Part shown: positions 9,507 through 18,566 of the stretch, piece by piece
Position numbering within the stretch: the stretch's first letter is position 1
Layout of the letters: each line of letters begins with the position of its first letter
From: Methanobacterium sp. UBA279
GTDB lineage: Archaea > Methanobacteriota > Methanobacteria > Methanobacteriales > Methanobacteriaceae
Assembly (NCBI GenBank): GCA_002502855.1
Contig: DAQK01000046.1
Location: forward strand, 20,652-52,651
DNA length: 32,000 nucleotides
Reading direction: 5' to 3'
Translations under genes and position numbers: made by a program
The notes under the pieces: model-generated
What the model saw: only the letters and a program-made list of their open reading frames with translations
Told to the model about the DNA's origin: nothing
The model's database searches: none

Positions 9507-9699
9507 CCATATTTAATCCTTTTTTTCTATTTTTAAAGATCTGTAACGTATTTTCTTCCAATAGTGGCCACTAGTATTAAATTTCCAGTAGAAGAGTTAT
9601 TACTAACTAAAATCATTCATTGGTTTACCAGTGCCACGAAACGGTCTGTAAATTATTTATTTTCCAAAAAAAAGTATTTGCTTACTTTAAATTTCAGCG

Positions 9700-9715
9700 A
9701 AATATATAAATAATA
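9700..9715 (+). promoter_or_regulatory. TATA-like box upstream of the zinc-finger/PMBR operon
   Basis: AAATATATAAATAATA lies ~140 nt upstream of the TTG start and is followed by palindromes. This is position-based inference only. Confidence 0.35.
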
Positions 9716-9855
9716 GGTTATTTATAACCATTCTCAGCTAATGTTAGGAAATTTTTTTTAGACTCCCAATATTAGCTGAAGAACGAAAAAGATTAGAAAT
9801 AGAAAACAACCCCAAAAAAAGACTATATAGAAAAAGTAGAAACAGGTGATATAAT

Positions 9856-10245
9856 TTGAGGCAAAACATAGCCTTACTAATAATAGGAGTAGTAGTGTTA
9901 GCCGGGATAGCTGGTGTACTGGCCATGACCATGTTCAACAACACCAACCAGACCAACAATACAACTTTTAACAATACTACTGTAAACGACAGCAACAACA
10001 ACACAACTAAAAATAAAGATGACACCGCAAACCCCAATTCGTCCCAAGACCAGACTACTGACGGTAATGATGACGGCAATATAGATAATGACAACAATAA
10101 CGGTGAACCTAGTGGCCAGGGCCATTATGTAACTTGTCCTACTTGTGGTGGATCTGGTGTCCTTGAAAACCCAAATGACCCTCATGGTGTCCAAATAATA
10201 TGCCCAACCTGCCATGGTAATAAAAAAATATGGGTTAACGATTAA
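9856..10245 (+). CDS. Small membrane-anchored Asn/Thr-rich protein with C-terminal DnaJ-type CxxCxGxG zinc finger
   Basis: TTG start with SD AGGTGAT 5 nt upstream. N-terminal TM anchor IALLIIGVVVLAGIAGVLAM. The low-complexity region has many N-x-S/T sequons. C-terminus contains CPTCGGSG...CPTCHGNK. Confidence 0.6.
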   Translation: MRQNIALLIIGVVVLAGIAGVLAMTMFNNTNQTNNTTFNNTTVNDSNNNTTKNKDDTANPNSSQDQTTDGNDDGNIDNDNNNGEPSGQGHYVTCPTCGGSGVLENPNDPHGVQIICPTCHGNKKIWVND

Positions 10246-10256
10246 TACAAGGTGAT

Positions 10257-11462
10257 ATGATGAATAAGAAAAAGTTAATATTACCCATTCTTTTAGCTCT
10301 GTTCCTGTTCGTGAGTATAGGAGCATCAGCAGCAGCTACTAACACTTTCAACACTACGGAGATTACTAAATCCGCGGGAAATCTTAAGCTATTCGTGGAT
10401 TCTAATCACCGTGCTCCCAATACGGTGAGCGTATACAACACAGGGAATGTCAAACAAACTGTAAACACCCAGCAATTCCTTTATTTGGCGACTAAAGCTA
10501 CAACAAATATTAACAAAAATATTACAACGCCAATAACCATTAAAACTACCGCGAAACCAACAGGCCCTAGTGAATCATTGACAGGCAGTAGCCTTACCAA
10601 AGCACAGTATTTAACTGTCGCCAATAACGTAGCCACCTTTATTTCAAAGAATGGTAAAGCACCAAACTTTGCAACAACCCCCATAGGCAAAATACGCTAT
10701 GACAATCTGGTTTACACGTACAGCAAAATATTGAACTACTACGGTGTAAACAAAAGATTACCCAACACAGTTTCAGTACAGAAATGGTCAACAACAACAT
10801 ACACAGGAATACCAAAACCAGTGACAGTGACAGACACCAGCAAGGCCAAAATCAAGTGGACAAAGAGTGATTCAACAGGATATGTCGAATTAATCGGCCC
10901 ATATGGTAATGCTAACAGTAAAAATAAAGTAGCGGTTATTGTAGGTGTACATCCTCTGGAAGGAAATGCTCACTTAGCCATGACCAATGCATTAAAATCT
11001 TCATCATCCAGTTTGAAAAATGTACAGATATGGGTTTTCAGTGTTAACGTAAAGGTCAAATACTGGACTAATTACGAGACAAGTAGAACCTTAGGTCAAA
11101 ATCTAGCTAAAAAGTTCGTAGTGCCCTACATAGACAGTTCTTACAAATTAGTGGTGGATACCCATGGAAATCGTGGAAACTACAAGTACAACGACAACCA
11201 ACTGATGGCAGACTTCATATTTGCACCTAATAAGGATACAAAATCAGTGTCTTATGCTAATAAAATCAAAAGTAAGACCAATTTCCTGAATTACTACTAT
11301 GTGCCAGGTACCAGTCCTAAAGATGTAACTATACCTATAGCCCAAAAAGGAATACCCGCAGTTGTCTATGAGCTTTACACAAACATCTATAACTATCCCA
11401 CAGCACTGTACAACAAATGTCTCCAAGTAGTTAAAGCATTAAACACCATAGTATACGTTTAA
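10257..11462 (+). CDS. Secreted pseudomurein-binding-repeat protein with C-terminal HxxE...H...E domain (putative Zn-dependent peptidase/amidase)
   Basis: Signal peptide MMNKKKLILPILLALFLFVSIGASA/AA. Repeated PMBR-like units: EITKSAGNLKLFVDSNHRAPNTVSV...QQFLYLATKA, then LTKAQYLTVANNVATFISKNGKAPNF...LVYTYSKILNYYGVNKRLPNTVSV. C-terminal motifs VGVHPLEGNAH, VVDTHGN and AVVYELY. SD AGGTGAT precedes the ATG. The gap to the upstream gene is 11 nt. Confidence 0.65.
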   Translation: MMNKKKLILPILLALFLFVSIGASAAATNTFNTTEITKSAGNLKLFVDSNHRAPNTVSVYNTGNVKQTVNTQQFLYLATKATTNINKNITTPITIKTTAKPTGPSESLTGSSLTKAQYLTVANNVATFISKNGKAPNFATTPIGKIRYDNLVYTYSKILNYYGVNKRLPNTVSVQKWSTTTYTGIPKPVTVTDTSKAKIKWTKSDSTGYVELIGPYGNANSKNKVAVIVGVHPLEGNAHLAMTNALKSSSSSLKNVQIWVFSVNVKVKYWTNYETSRTLGQNLAKKFVVPYIDSSYKLVVDTHGNRGNYKYNDNQLMADFIFAPNKDTKSVSYANKIKSKTNFLNYYYVPGTSPKDVTIPIAQKGIPAVVYELYTNIYNYPTALYNKCLQVVKALNTIVYV

Positions 11463-11835
11463 AAACAGCCTTATTTATTTTTTATGGGCTGAAATTCCTC
11501 TTTTTTATTTTAAAAATTCATTCTTATTCAAGACCTGAAATTTATAGTTAACAGCATTAAAAATTTTACAAAATGGCAATGTTTACCATTAGTTATGTGG
11601 ACCAAAATTAAGTATAAACGAGGATTTTGCAAGTGTTAAACAGCTTCAAATTAAAATAATTTTTAGGATAATGGACAAAAAATTTATAAAAAATTAAAAT
11701 TTTCAATGTCGTAGACTATAATTTTCGAAAAAGATTCATGTGGTTACTAGAACCAAGAAAATTTATTTATACTCCAATTCCCAATAAACATCTATTGTAA
11801 CTCTAATTAAACCATAATTTGGAGGATTAATAACC

Positions 11836-13077
11836 ATGTATAATATTGGGGAAGCTTTAATAGGAAGCGGAAATGAACTTGCTCATATTGATCTAGTTAT
11901 AGGAGAGAAAAATGGTCCGGTGGGCTCGGCATTTGTGGAAAACATGACCAGCCTATCCATAGGACACACTCCACTTTTAGCAGTGATAAGACCTAATTTA
12001 CCAACCAAACCATCCACATTGATCATACCCAAGGTAACTGTGGGCTGCCTGGATGATGCTAACAAGATATTCGGACCGGCACAGACCGCAGTAGGAAGGG
12101 CTGTGGCTGATGCTGTTTCAGAAGGCATAATAGATAAGGAAAAAGCCGAAGACCTGGTTATCATGGTCACGGTATTTATCCACCCGGAAGCGAAGGATTT
12201 CCGTAAGATCTACCAGTACAACTACGGAGCCACCAAGCTGGCCCTGAAAAGGGCCATGGATAGTTACCCATCCACTGAAAAGGTCACCGCGGAAAAGGAC
12301 AGGGGAACACACCCTGTAATGGGCTTCAAAGTGGTAAGACTATGGAACCCACCCTACCTGCAAGTGGCTTTAGACCTGGACAGTATGGAGGATATGGAAC
12401 GTATAATCGACAGTCTACCTAACCGGGAGAGAATCCTCATAGAAGCCGGTACCCCGCTGGTTAAGAAGTTCGGTGTGGGTATAATAAGTAAGATCCGGGA
12501 GCTTAGAACGGATGCCTTCATCATCGCCGATCTTAAAACCCTGGATGTAGGCCGTATTGAAGTTAAGATAGCTGCAGATGAGACAGCTGATGCTGTGGCC
12601 ATATCTGGACTGGGAACCCCAGAATCAATTCAGAAAGCTGTACAGGAAGCGTCCAAACAGGGAATATACTCCATACTGGATATGATGAACGTGGACAACT
12701 TCGTGGAAAAACTCAAGGGCCTCAAATACAAACCAGACATACTATTACTACATCGTAACGTGGATCTTGAAACCTACAAGGCAGAAAAAGGTGAAAACCT
12801 GGGTGACATGACCGAATGGGGTAACATAAAAGAGATCAAAGAGATCCTCGGTGATAACAGGCTGGTGGCCGTTGCCGGAGGTATCACTCCAGATAAAGTT
12901 GACCAAGCATTGGGAAGTGGAGCAGATATCATAGTAGTGGGACGTTATATCATCGGATCCAGGGATGTAAGACGTGCAACTGACGATTTCCTGAAATACC
13001 TGCCACAGGACCCGGACACCATGAGGTTAGCCCTGGAAGAGGATGAACCTCTAGAACTCAACGATGACAAAAAATAA
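11836..13077 (+). CDS. fae-hps: Bifunctional formaldehyde-activating enzyme / 3-hexulose-6-phosphate synthase (Fae-Hps)
   Basis: N-terminal Fae domain ([27 protein letters not shown]...GHTPLLAV). C-terminal OMPdecase-fold HPS domain (LQVALDL...EAGTPL...[10 protein letters not shown]...VAGGI). SD GGAGGA. Confidence 0.9.
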   Translation: MYNIGEALIGSGNELAHIDLVIGEKNGPVGSAFVENMTSLSIGHTPLLAVIRPNLPTKPSTLIIPKVTVGCLDDANKIFGPAQTAVGRAVADAVSEGIIDKEKAEDLVIMVTVFIHPEAKDFRKIYQYNYGATKLALKRAMDSYPSTEKVTAEKDRGTHPVMGFKVVRLWNPPYLQVALDLDSMEDMERIIDSLPNRERILIEAGTPLVKKFGVGIISKIRELRTDAFIIADLKTLDVGRIEVKIAADETADAVAISGLGTPESIQKAVQEASKQGIYSILDMMNVDNFVEKLKGLKYKPDILLLHRNVDLETYKAEKGENLGDMTEWGNIKEIKEILGDNRLVAVAGGITPDKVDQALGSGADIIVVGRYIIGSRDVRRATDDFLKYLPQDPDTMRLALEEDEPLELNDDKK

Positions 13078-13165
13078 CTTCTTTTTTTAATTCCCTTTTT
13101 TAGAAAATTTTATTATTTCTTAGATGCAATTTTAATATAAGAATTGAAATGAGGAGATATTCTAT

Positions 13166-13762
13166 ATGATATTGGGGATATGTGGCAGTCCAAGAAAACA
13201 GGCCACGGATCATGTATTAAACGAAGCATTGAAGATGCTGGAAGAGAGGGGTTTTGAAACTGAATTTTTCGGTGTGCGTGGTAAGGATATCAGTCCTTGC
13301 CTGCACTGTGATTACTGCATGCGCAAAGGAGTATGTATTCAGAAGGACGATATGTACGAAGTATACCCCCTAATGACTGAAGCCGAAGGGATAATAATGG
13401 CCACTCCCATCTACAACGGCGGATTAAGCGCTCAGCTTAAGGCGATAATGGACCGTACCCGGGCATTAGGTGCGGTTGACTACAATTTCCTGCGCAACAA
13501 AGTTGGAATGGCCATATCTGTTGGTGGAGACAGAAGCGGAGGACAGGAATTAGCTATACAGCAAATATTCACCTATTATATACTCACCGGGATGATTCCC
13601 GTTGGTGGAGGTGCCTTCGGAGCTAATCTAGGTGCGAATTTCTGGTCCCAGGATACCTTGGACGGGATTAAACAGGACGAAGAGGGATTTAGAGGTCTTC
13701 GTAAGACTGTTAAAAGATTCGGAACCTTTCTAGAAAACTTCGAGTTTAAGCAAAAGGAATAA
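13166..13762 (+). CDS. Iron-sulfur flavoprotein (Isf) / NADPH-dependent FMN reductase family
   Basis: Flavodoxin-like N-terminus ILGICGSPRK. Compact Cys motif CLHCDYCMRKGVC (Cx2Cx2Cx5C). ATPIYNGGLSAQLKAIMDR is present. SD GAGGAG. Confidence 0.75.
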   Translation: MILGICGSPRKQATDHVLNEALKMLEERGFETEFFGVRGKDISPCLHCDYCMRKGVCIQKDDMYEVYPLMTEAEGIIMATPIYNGGLSAQLKAIMDRTRALGAVDYNFLRNKVGMAISVGGDRSGGQELAIQQIFTYYILTGMIPVGGGAFGANLGANFWSQDTLDGIKQDEEGFRGLRKTVKRFGTFLENFEFKQKE

Positions 13763-13791
13763 ATCTTTTTTTAAGAAACTAAAATGAATTA

Positions 13792-13941
13792 TAACTTATA
13801 AGTTAAAAGTTCTAATTGATAAACTTTGAAGTTTTAAGTTATAAGTATTAAAGAGATTTAAAAGGGAAAAATTACAAATAAAGGAATAATCATCGGATTA
13901 AAAATCATATTAAATTTGCTTAAAAGTTATAAGTTATAAGG
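13792..13941. repeat. Cluster of AAGTTAT-heptad / AACTT-AAGTT palindromic repeats
   Basis: 14-bp perfect palindrome TAACTTATAAGTTA (13792-13805). AAGTTCTAA (13807-13815). AAGTTATAAGTA (13836-13847). Tandem AAGTTATAAGTTATAAGG (13924-13941) runs into the ferredoxin SD. Confidence 0.8.
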
Positions 13942-13949
13942 AGTTTTAG

Positions 13950-14177
13950 ATGAGGATCGAAGTTGACAAGGAGAAATGCATCGGCTGTGGAACATGCCAG
14001 GAGATCTGTCCCAAAGGTCCTCGGATCTGGAAGATTAAAGATGGGAAAGCAGAGGCAGGTAACCTACAATACTGCCATGTATGCACCCTTTGTGCATCAA
14101 AATGTCCTGTAGGAACTATACACGTAATAAGAGATGGTCAAAATGGAGAGAAAGAAAAAGTTAGCGAGAAAGACTAG
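13950..14177 (+). CDS. 2x[4Fe-4S] ferredoxin
   Basis: 75 aa with two CxxCxxCxxxCP motifs (CIGCGTCQEICP and CHVCTLCASKCP). SD AAGGAG lies 6 nt before the ATG. Confidence 0.85.
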   Translation: MRIEVDKEKCIGCGTCQEICPKGPRIWKIKDGKAEAGNLQYCHVCTLCASKCPVGTIHVIRDGQNGEKEKVSEKD

Positions 14178-14721
14178 TGAAACAGATATCACGATAACAC
14201 TTAACCTAGATGGGGAAGGAAAATCCCAGATAAATACAGGGATAGAGTTTTTCAACCATATGCTAGAATCCTTCGCCAGACACGGGTTGTTTGACCTGGA
14301 ATTAGAAGCAGAAGGGGATCTGGATATAGACGACCACCACACCGTGGAAGACGTGGGAATAATCTTAGGTGAAGTATTAAACGACGTTCTGGGAGATAAA
14401 AAAGGTATCAGAAGAATGGCACATGCCCTGGTTCCCATGGACGAAGCACTGGCCATGGTAGCCATCGACCTATCCGGGAGGAGTTACACCGTATTAGATC
14501 TGCCGTTTAAGAAGGTGAAAGTCGGCGGGTTAAGCACGGAGAATGTGGGGCATTTCCTGGAATCCCTGGCGCAAAATGGTAAGTTTAACCTCCACGCCCG
14601 CTGTGAGGGGGATAATGACCACCACCAGGTAGAGGCTTTATTTAAGGCACTGGCACGGGCATTACACGATGCAACCAGGGTAACCCATGGATCCATACCC
14701 AGTACTAAGGGTGTTATTTAA
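14134..14721 (+). CDS. hisB: Imidazoleglycerol-phosphate dehydratase
   Basis: Motifs RKTSETDITITLNLDG, FFNHMLESFARHG, DDHHTVEDVGI and GDNDHHQVEALFKALARAL. The start is ATG at 14134 or 14143. Either one overlaps the ferredoxin 3' end. Confidence 0.9.
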   Translation: MVKMERKKKLARKTSETDITITLNLDGEGKSQINTGIEFFNHMLESFARHGLFDLELEAEGDLDIDDHHTVEDVGIILGEVLNDVLGDKKGIRRMAHALVPMDEALAMVAIDLSGRSYTVLDLPFKKVKVGGLSTENVGHFLESLAQNGKFNLHARCEGDNDHHQVEALFKALARALHDATRVTHGSIPSTKGVI

Positions 14722-14756
14722 ATTAAGAAAAATAGAGTCGTAGTATTAATTGATTC

Positions 14757-14798
14757 AAATAAAAAAACAAAAAGAGTAAGCAGTCCCAGAGACTGCTT
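14757..14798 (-). terminator. Hairpin plus oligo-T terminator downstream of mtd
   Basis: On the minus strand, the 8-bp stem AAGCAGTC/GACTGCTT (14778-14798, 5-nt loop) is followed by ACTCTTTTTGTTTTTTTATTT. Confidence 0.55.
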
Positions 14799-14808
14799 TG
14801 GATTATAC

Positions 14809-15639
14809 TTATTGTGGTTTTTCGAGTAATACAGTTTTAGAGACTGTTGAACCGACTGCACCGTGTGGGGTTCTTAAAACTGTATCATTACCTTTTTCGA
14901 TGTTTCTTGCTTCAACTGCGAGTTTTGCAGCTGCAGCAATGAGTTCGTGTGCAGCAGCGACCAATGGTATGTACTGGTTGGGGTCTTTAACCATGAAACA
15001 TCCTTTTAAGTCGATGTCAGCAACTTTTTCTGCAGCAGTGTATGCAGCGATAGCTTTGGCTTTGGCGTAGGTGTTGGTGAATCCTGCAGCTTCTGCAGCT
15101 TTTTCAGCTGTGATTATAACTTTTGGTAATTCTATGTCTTCGCCAGCGTCGACAGCAGCTATGATACCATCGATGGTATTCTGGACGATTCTGTAAGCAC
15201 CGGTTAATGCTAAGACTTTTATTACGTCAGAGTTGAAGGATGCCATTTCAGTTGGGTCGAGTAGTTCTCTTCGGGCACCGATCATGGGGTCACCTTTAAC
15301 TATGATGTAACCTAGTCCCTGTTCATCCATTTCATCTTTTTTACCTGCACCAGGAGCATCTCCAATAATAACGGCTGGGATGTCATAGGTAGATAGTAAT
15401 TCCCTTGCTTTGGCAGGTCCTGGAGCACCAGGGTTGGGGCTTATGAATATTGCAAAGTCTGGTTCAAATTCCTTAACCTTAGGGACTACCTCTTCGACCT
15501 GTTCCGGATTCATTTTTGCACCGGAACCTATGATTCTTACATCAATATTAGGCCTATCTGCACGTTCATCCAGTAATAAGTCTAATACTGGTGAGGTACC
15601 TATATTTCCGCTTTTAATTATTCCTATTTTTACAACCAT
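14809..15639 (-). CDS. mtd: F420-dependent methylenetetrahydromethanopterin dehydrogenase
   Basis: The N-terminus MVVKIGIIKSGNIGTSPVLDLLLDERADRPNIDV is characteristic of Mtd. 276 aa. SD GGTGAT lies 4 nt before the ATG. Confidence 0.95.
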   Translation of the reverse strand: MVVKIGIIKSGNIGTSPVLDLLLDERADRPNIDVRIIGSGAKMNPEQVEEVVPKVKEFEPDFAIFISPNPGAPGPAKARELLSTYDIPAVIIGDAPGAGKKDEMDEQGLGYIIVKGDPMIGARRELLDPTEMASFNSDVIKVLALTGAYRIVQNTIDGIIAAVDAGEDIELPKVIITAEKAAEAAGFTNTYAKAKAIAAYTAAEKVADIDLKGCFMVKDPNQYIPLVAAAHELIAAAAKLAVEARNIEKGNDTVLRTPHGAVGSTVSKTVLLEKPQ

Positions 15640-15706
15640 TTTATCACCGATTTTGTTATCTGGATAATCAAATAAGTATTTTTTGATTTAATTTTTTTAA
15701 ATCATA

Positions 15707-15714
15707 TTTATATA
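15707..15714 (-). promoter_or_regulatory. TATA-like box upstream of mtd
   Basis: TTTATATA/TATATAAA lies ~70 nt upstream of the mtd ATG. Confidence 0.35.
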
Positions 15715-15831
15715 GGATCGTTGGAATGGAAACTTTTAGACCTAATTACAGGAGTAATACTTTTATGTTAAAATTAGACGATGATTTCCAGTGTAAAATT
15801 AGGTTTTTATACAAGACTTAATTTAAGCACT

Positions 15832-17103
15832 CTAGCCATTTAAAGCTTGATCTCTCCTGAGATAAAGCCATGTAAATATCAGAAGAGATATTATCCCCAA
15901 CGAGTAGAAGAACCATACCATACTATCTGTAGGGCCTGTTTCAATCCAGATCAGGGTATGGGCAAGTATTATGGCATATAAACCTATAAATACGCCCCCT
16001 GCTATCTTCTGTGCACTGTGCATGAACTGGAGTACCAAACCCAGTAAAAACATCTGCACTGCCAGGCCCCATGCACCGAAATCTAGAATAGCCGGCCCGA
16101 ACAGGGTGGAAGTTATACTGGTGGTGATGCCGCTTCCTGGTTGATAAAAAGAAGGTAAAACCACATATCCCACAGTAACCCTAGGATGTCCTCCAGTAAG
16201 CGCCTGATAAAAGAGTTCCCCACCAGTAAATCCAGGCATGTGTACGATTTTATCCAGGACCATCATGGTGAAACCCGCCCGGTAAAATATCAGTTCCAGC
16301 GGATTTAAAACCCAGGTCTGCCACTGGATAGCATTCACTGCAATATAACCCAGGGCGATGCCTATTATTGCCATTAATATTATTAAAAGGAAGACATATT
16401 TCGCTTTTAATCGCATGGTATAATAGGTGGTGATTATTACGCTTAATATGATGGCCATAGATGATGTACGGTAGCCATTTACTGCAAACAGGACTAATCC
16501 AACAACAAATAAGATGTAATACCATTTACGGGGATATTTCGCGAGTAACAGGTTTAAGACTGGGAGGAAGATGACGTAAGCAATCCTCCACAGATCCGTT
16601 GTGGCTTGAAATTTAAGGTAACCACTGAGTAATGGGATACCGCCGAGTAAGACCAGGTTTGCACCCTGTAAGATAATAGCAAGGATAACTAAAGAAAAAA
16701 GGACCCTCTCATCCACCAGAAGTTTTATTTTAGAGTACCAGGTGGCTTTCTCCTTGGCACTGTTTATCTTTAGGGTGAATTTCTTAAAGTTGCCTATAAT
16801 TCTAGGGAAGTACAATCCCAGTATGAAAATTACCACTCCAAAGATTATATAATAATAGGTGATGGAATCAGCCCAATCCAGGTTTCGGATATGGTAATAA
16901 TAGCCCAAAGCAGCCAGAAAAACGTAGATTATTATAAATACTACTACGATGTAGGGGGAGAAGATATCCACTTCGTTGAGTTTCTTATTCAACTTTTCAG
17001 AGAATGTCAAATTTATCTGGTCTCCTAAAAATTTTTCAGTCTCTAAATTTTTCCTTAAAATAGGTTCACAGTTCTCCTGCACTGGTGGTGAAATTCGAAG
17101 CAA
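15832..17103 (-). CDS. Polytopic membrane protein, oligosaccharide repeat-unit polymerase (Wzy)-like
   Basis: 423 aa with about 10-12 hydrophobic helices. The function is guessed from topology and size only. There is no in-frame ATG in the first ~214 codons. The track start is TTG at 17103. Alternatives are GTG 17082 and TTG 17010. Confidence 0.45.
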   Translation of the reverse strand: MLRISPPVQENCEPILRKNLETEKFLGDQINLTFSEKLNKKLNEVDIFSPYIVVVFIIIYVFLAALGYYYHIRNLDWADSITYYYIIFGVVIFILGLYFPRIIGNFKKFTLKINSAKEKATWYSKIKLLVDERVLFSLVILAIILQGANLVLLGGIPLLSGYLKFQATTDLWRIAYVIFLPVLNLLLAKYPRKWYYILFVVGLVLFAVNGYRTSSMAIILSVIITTYYTMRLKAKYVFLLIILMAIIGIALGYIAVNAIQWQTWVLNPLELIFYRAGFTMMVLDKIVHMPGFTGGELFYQALTGGHPRVTVGYVVLPSFYQPGSGITTSITSTLFGPAILDFGAWGLAVQMFLLGLVLQFMHSAQKIAGGVFIGLYAIILAHTLIWIETGPTDSMVWFFYSLGIISLLIFTWLYLRRDQALNG

Positions 17104-18415
17104 ATGAAGGATAGGCGGCGGTATGGGTGTGAATGTAGCTTGCCACGGTATTTTTAGACATCATACCATCCTGTTGGTTGATGATACCACTTCCTCTTAA
17201 GATTTTAAAGGCAAATTCGGGGTTTCCATCAGCTATTTCAACTTTTGAGTAGTGGAACTCATGCCCCTTGATGATATCGTCTTTATCTGCGATTATACTC
17301 TTCTGTTTAGCTTTAGAGACAACGTAACTTAAAGCCTGTGGCTTTTTGGTCATGACCGAGTCGTAACCAAATATGTTACACATTTTGTGATGATTTATGG
17401 AGCGGCAGACGTACATGAGTCCACCGCATTCAGCATAGATTGGCCTTCCTTCCCTGTGGAATTTTAAAATAGAATCCCGCATGGACTGGTTACCCTCCAG
17501 TTCATGGGCGAATATTTCCGGATATCCTCCACCGATATAAACCCCATCCACGTCCGGTAATTCTTCATCATGGAGGGGGCTGAAGTAAACCAGTTCTGCC
17601 TGGTTTTCTTCAAGGGCATCTAAATTATCACGGTAATAGAAGGTGAAAACTTCATCCATGGCCACGCCCAGTTTAACCTTCTGCCCGTTCTGGGTCTCCC
17701 ACAGGCTTTCCCTTCCCGGGGGAAGCTTATTTACGTCTTTCATCAGGGAGATAAGGTTGTCCAGGTCTATGTAATCCTTTACCATCTCAACCCATTTATT
17801 GATGGATCCTAAAATGTTTTTCCTTTCCACGGCAGGTACCAGGCCCAAGTGTCTGTCTTCCACTCTAATGGCACCACTGCGGGGTATACCTCCTACTACT
17901 TTAGTTTTGGCCAGTGTTTCCACTGCTTCCTTGGTTTTCAGGTAGTGTTTGCGGTTTTTAACCTGATTTAGAATAACTCCTTGGATATTGATGGTGGGAT
18001 CCAGTGCTTTAAATCCCAGTACAACAGCGGCAGCGCTTTTCACTAGGCTTCGAGAATTTAAAATTAATACCACGGGGGCGTCCAGTGCCCTGGCAATGGA
18101 TGCGGTGTTACCCACATCGCCTGTAGCACTGATACCCTCATATAAGCCTCTTACACCCTCAATTATCCCAAAATCAGCATCGGAAATCTTCATGCCTCTT
18201 TCAAATCCCTGCCTGATCTGTCCGTCGGTCATGAAAAAGGAGTCCAGGTTACGGGAATAGTTGCCGGTGGCCAGGGTGTGATAGGTGGGATCTATATAAT
18301 CCGGGCCGACTTTAAAGGGTTGGACGGTGTATTCGTCGGATAATGCTTTCATTATCCCTGTAGCGATGGTTGTTTTTCCTACAGCGCTTCCTGTTCCTGC
18401 AAGGACTAATCTCAT
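17066..18415 (-). CDS. Cobyrinate / Ni-sirohydrochlorin a,c-diamide synthase (CbiA/CfbB family, glutamine amidotransferase)
   Basis: P-loop [13 protein letters not shown]-terminal GATase motif YAECGGLMY. 449 aa. Methanogens carry both CbiA and CfbB paralogues, which cannot be separated by eye. Confidence 0.85.
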   Translation of the reverse strand: MRLVLAGTGSAVGKTTIATGIMKALSDEYTVQPFKVGPDYIDPTYHTLATGNYSRNLDSFFMTDGQIRQGFERGMKISDADFGIIEGVRGLYEGISATGDVGNTASIARALDAPVVLILNSRSLVKSAAAVVLGFKALDPTINIQGVILNQVKNRKHYLKTKEAVETLAKTKVVGGIPRSGAIRVEDRHLGLVPAVERKNILGSINKWVEMVKDYIDLDNLISLMKDVNKLPPGRESLWETQNGQKVKLGVAMDEVFTFYYRDNLDALEENQAELVYFSPLHDEELPDVDGVYIGGGYPEIFAHELEGNQSMRDSILKFHREGRPIYAECGGLMYVCRSINHHKMCNIFGYDSVMTKKPQALSYVVSKAKQKSIIADKDDIIKGHEFHYSKVEIADGNPEFAFKILRGSGIINQQDGMMSKNTVASYIHTHTAAYPSFASNFTTSAGEL

Positions 18416-18566
18416 ATTATATTAATTGGAATGATTCTATTTAAATAAGATTTGTCTTGGAAAATAATTTTCAATTTTAAATAAAAATTTCCCTTGGAGT
18501 ATATCTTATCTGCTCTACCCATAGATTAAACTATATTAAATAACAGAAAAATAGTCAGGATAGATC

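Noticed and set aside
9744-10326. Two overlapping minus-strand ORFs (117 and 142 aa) rich in V/L/I
   Set aside because: They are the reverse-complement reading of the AAC/AAT/ACC-rich low-complexity tract of the plus-strand zinc-finger gene. That plus-strand gene has an SD-supported start and a Cys motif.
15726-15821. 31-aa plus-strand small ORF between mtd and the membrane gene
   Set aside because: It has no SD. The nearby TATA-like box is too close to give a transcript that includes the ATG. The composition is unremarkable and nothing supports it.
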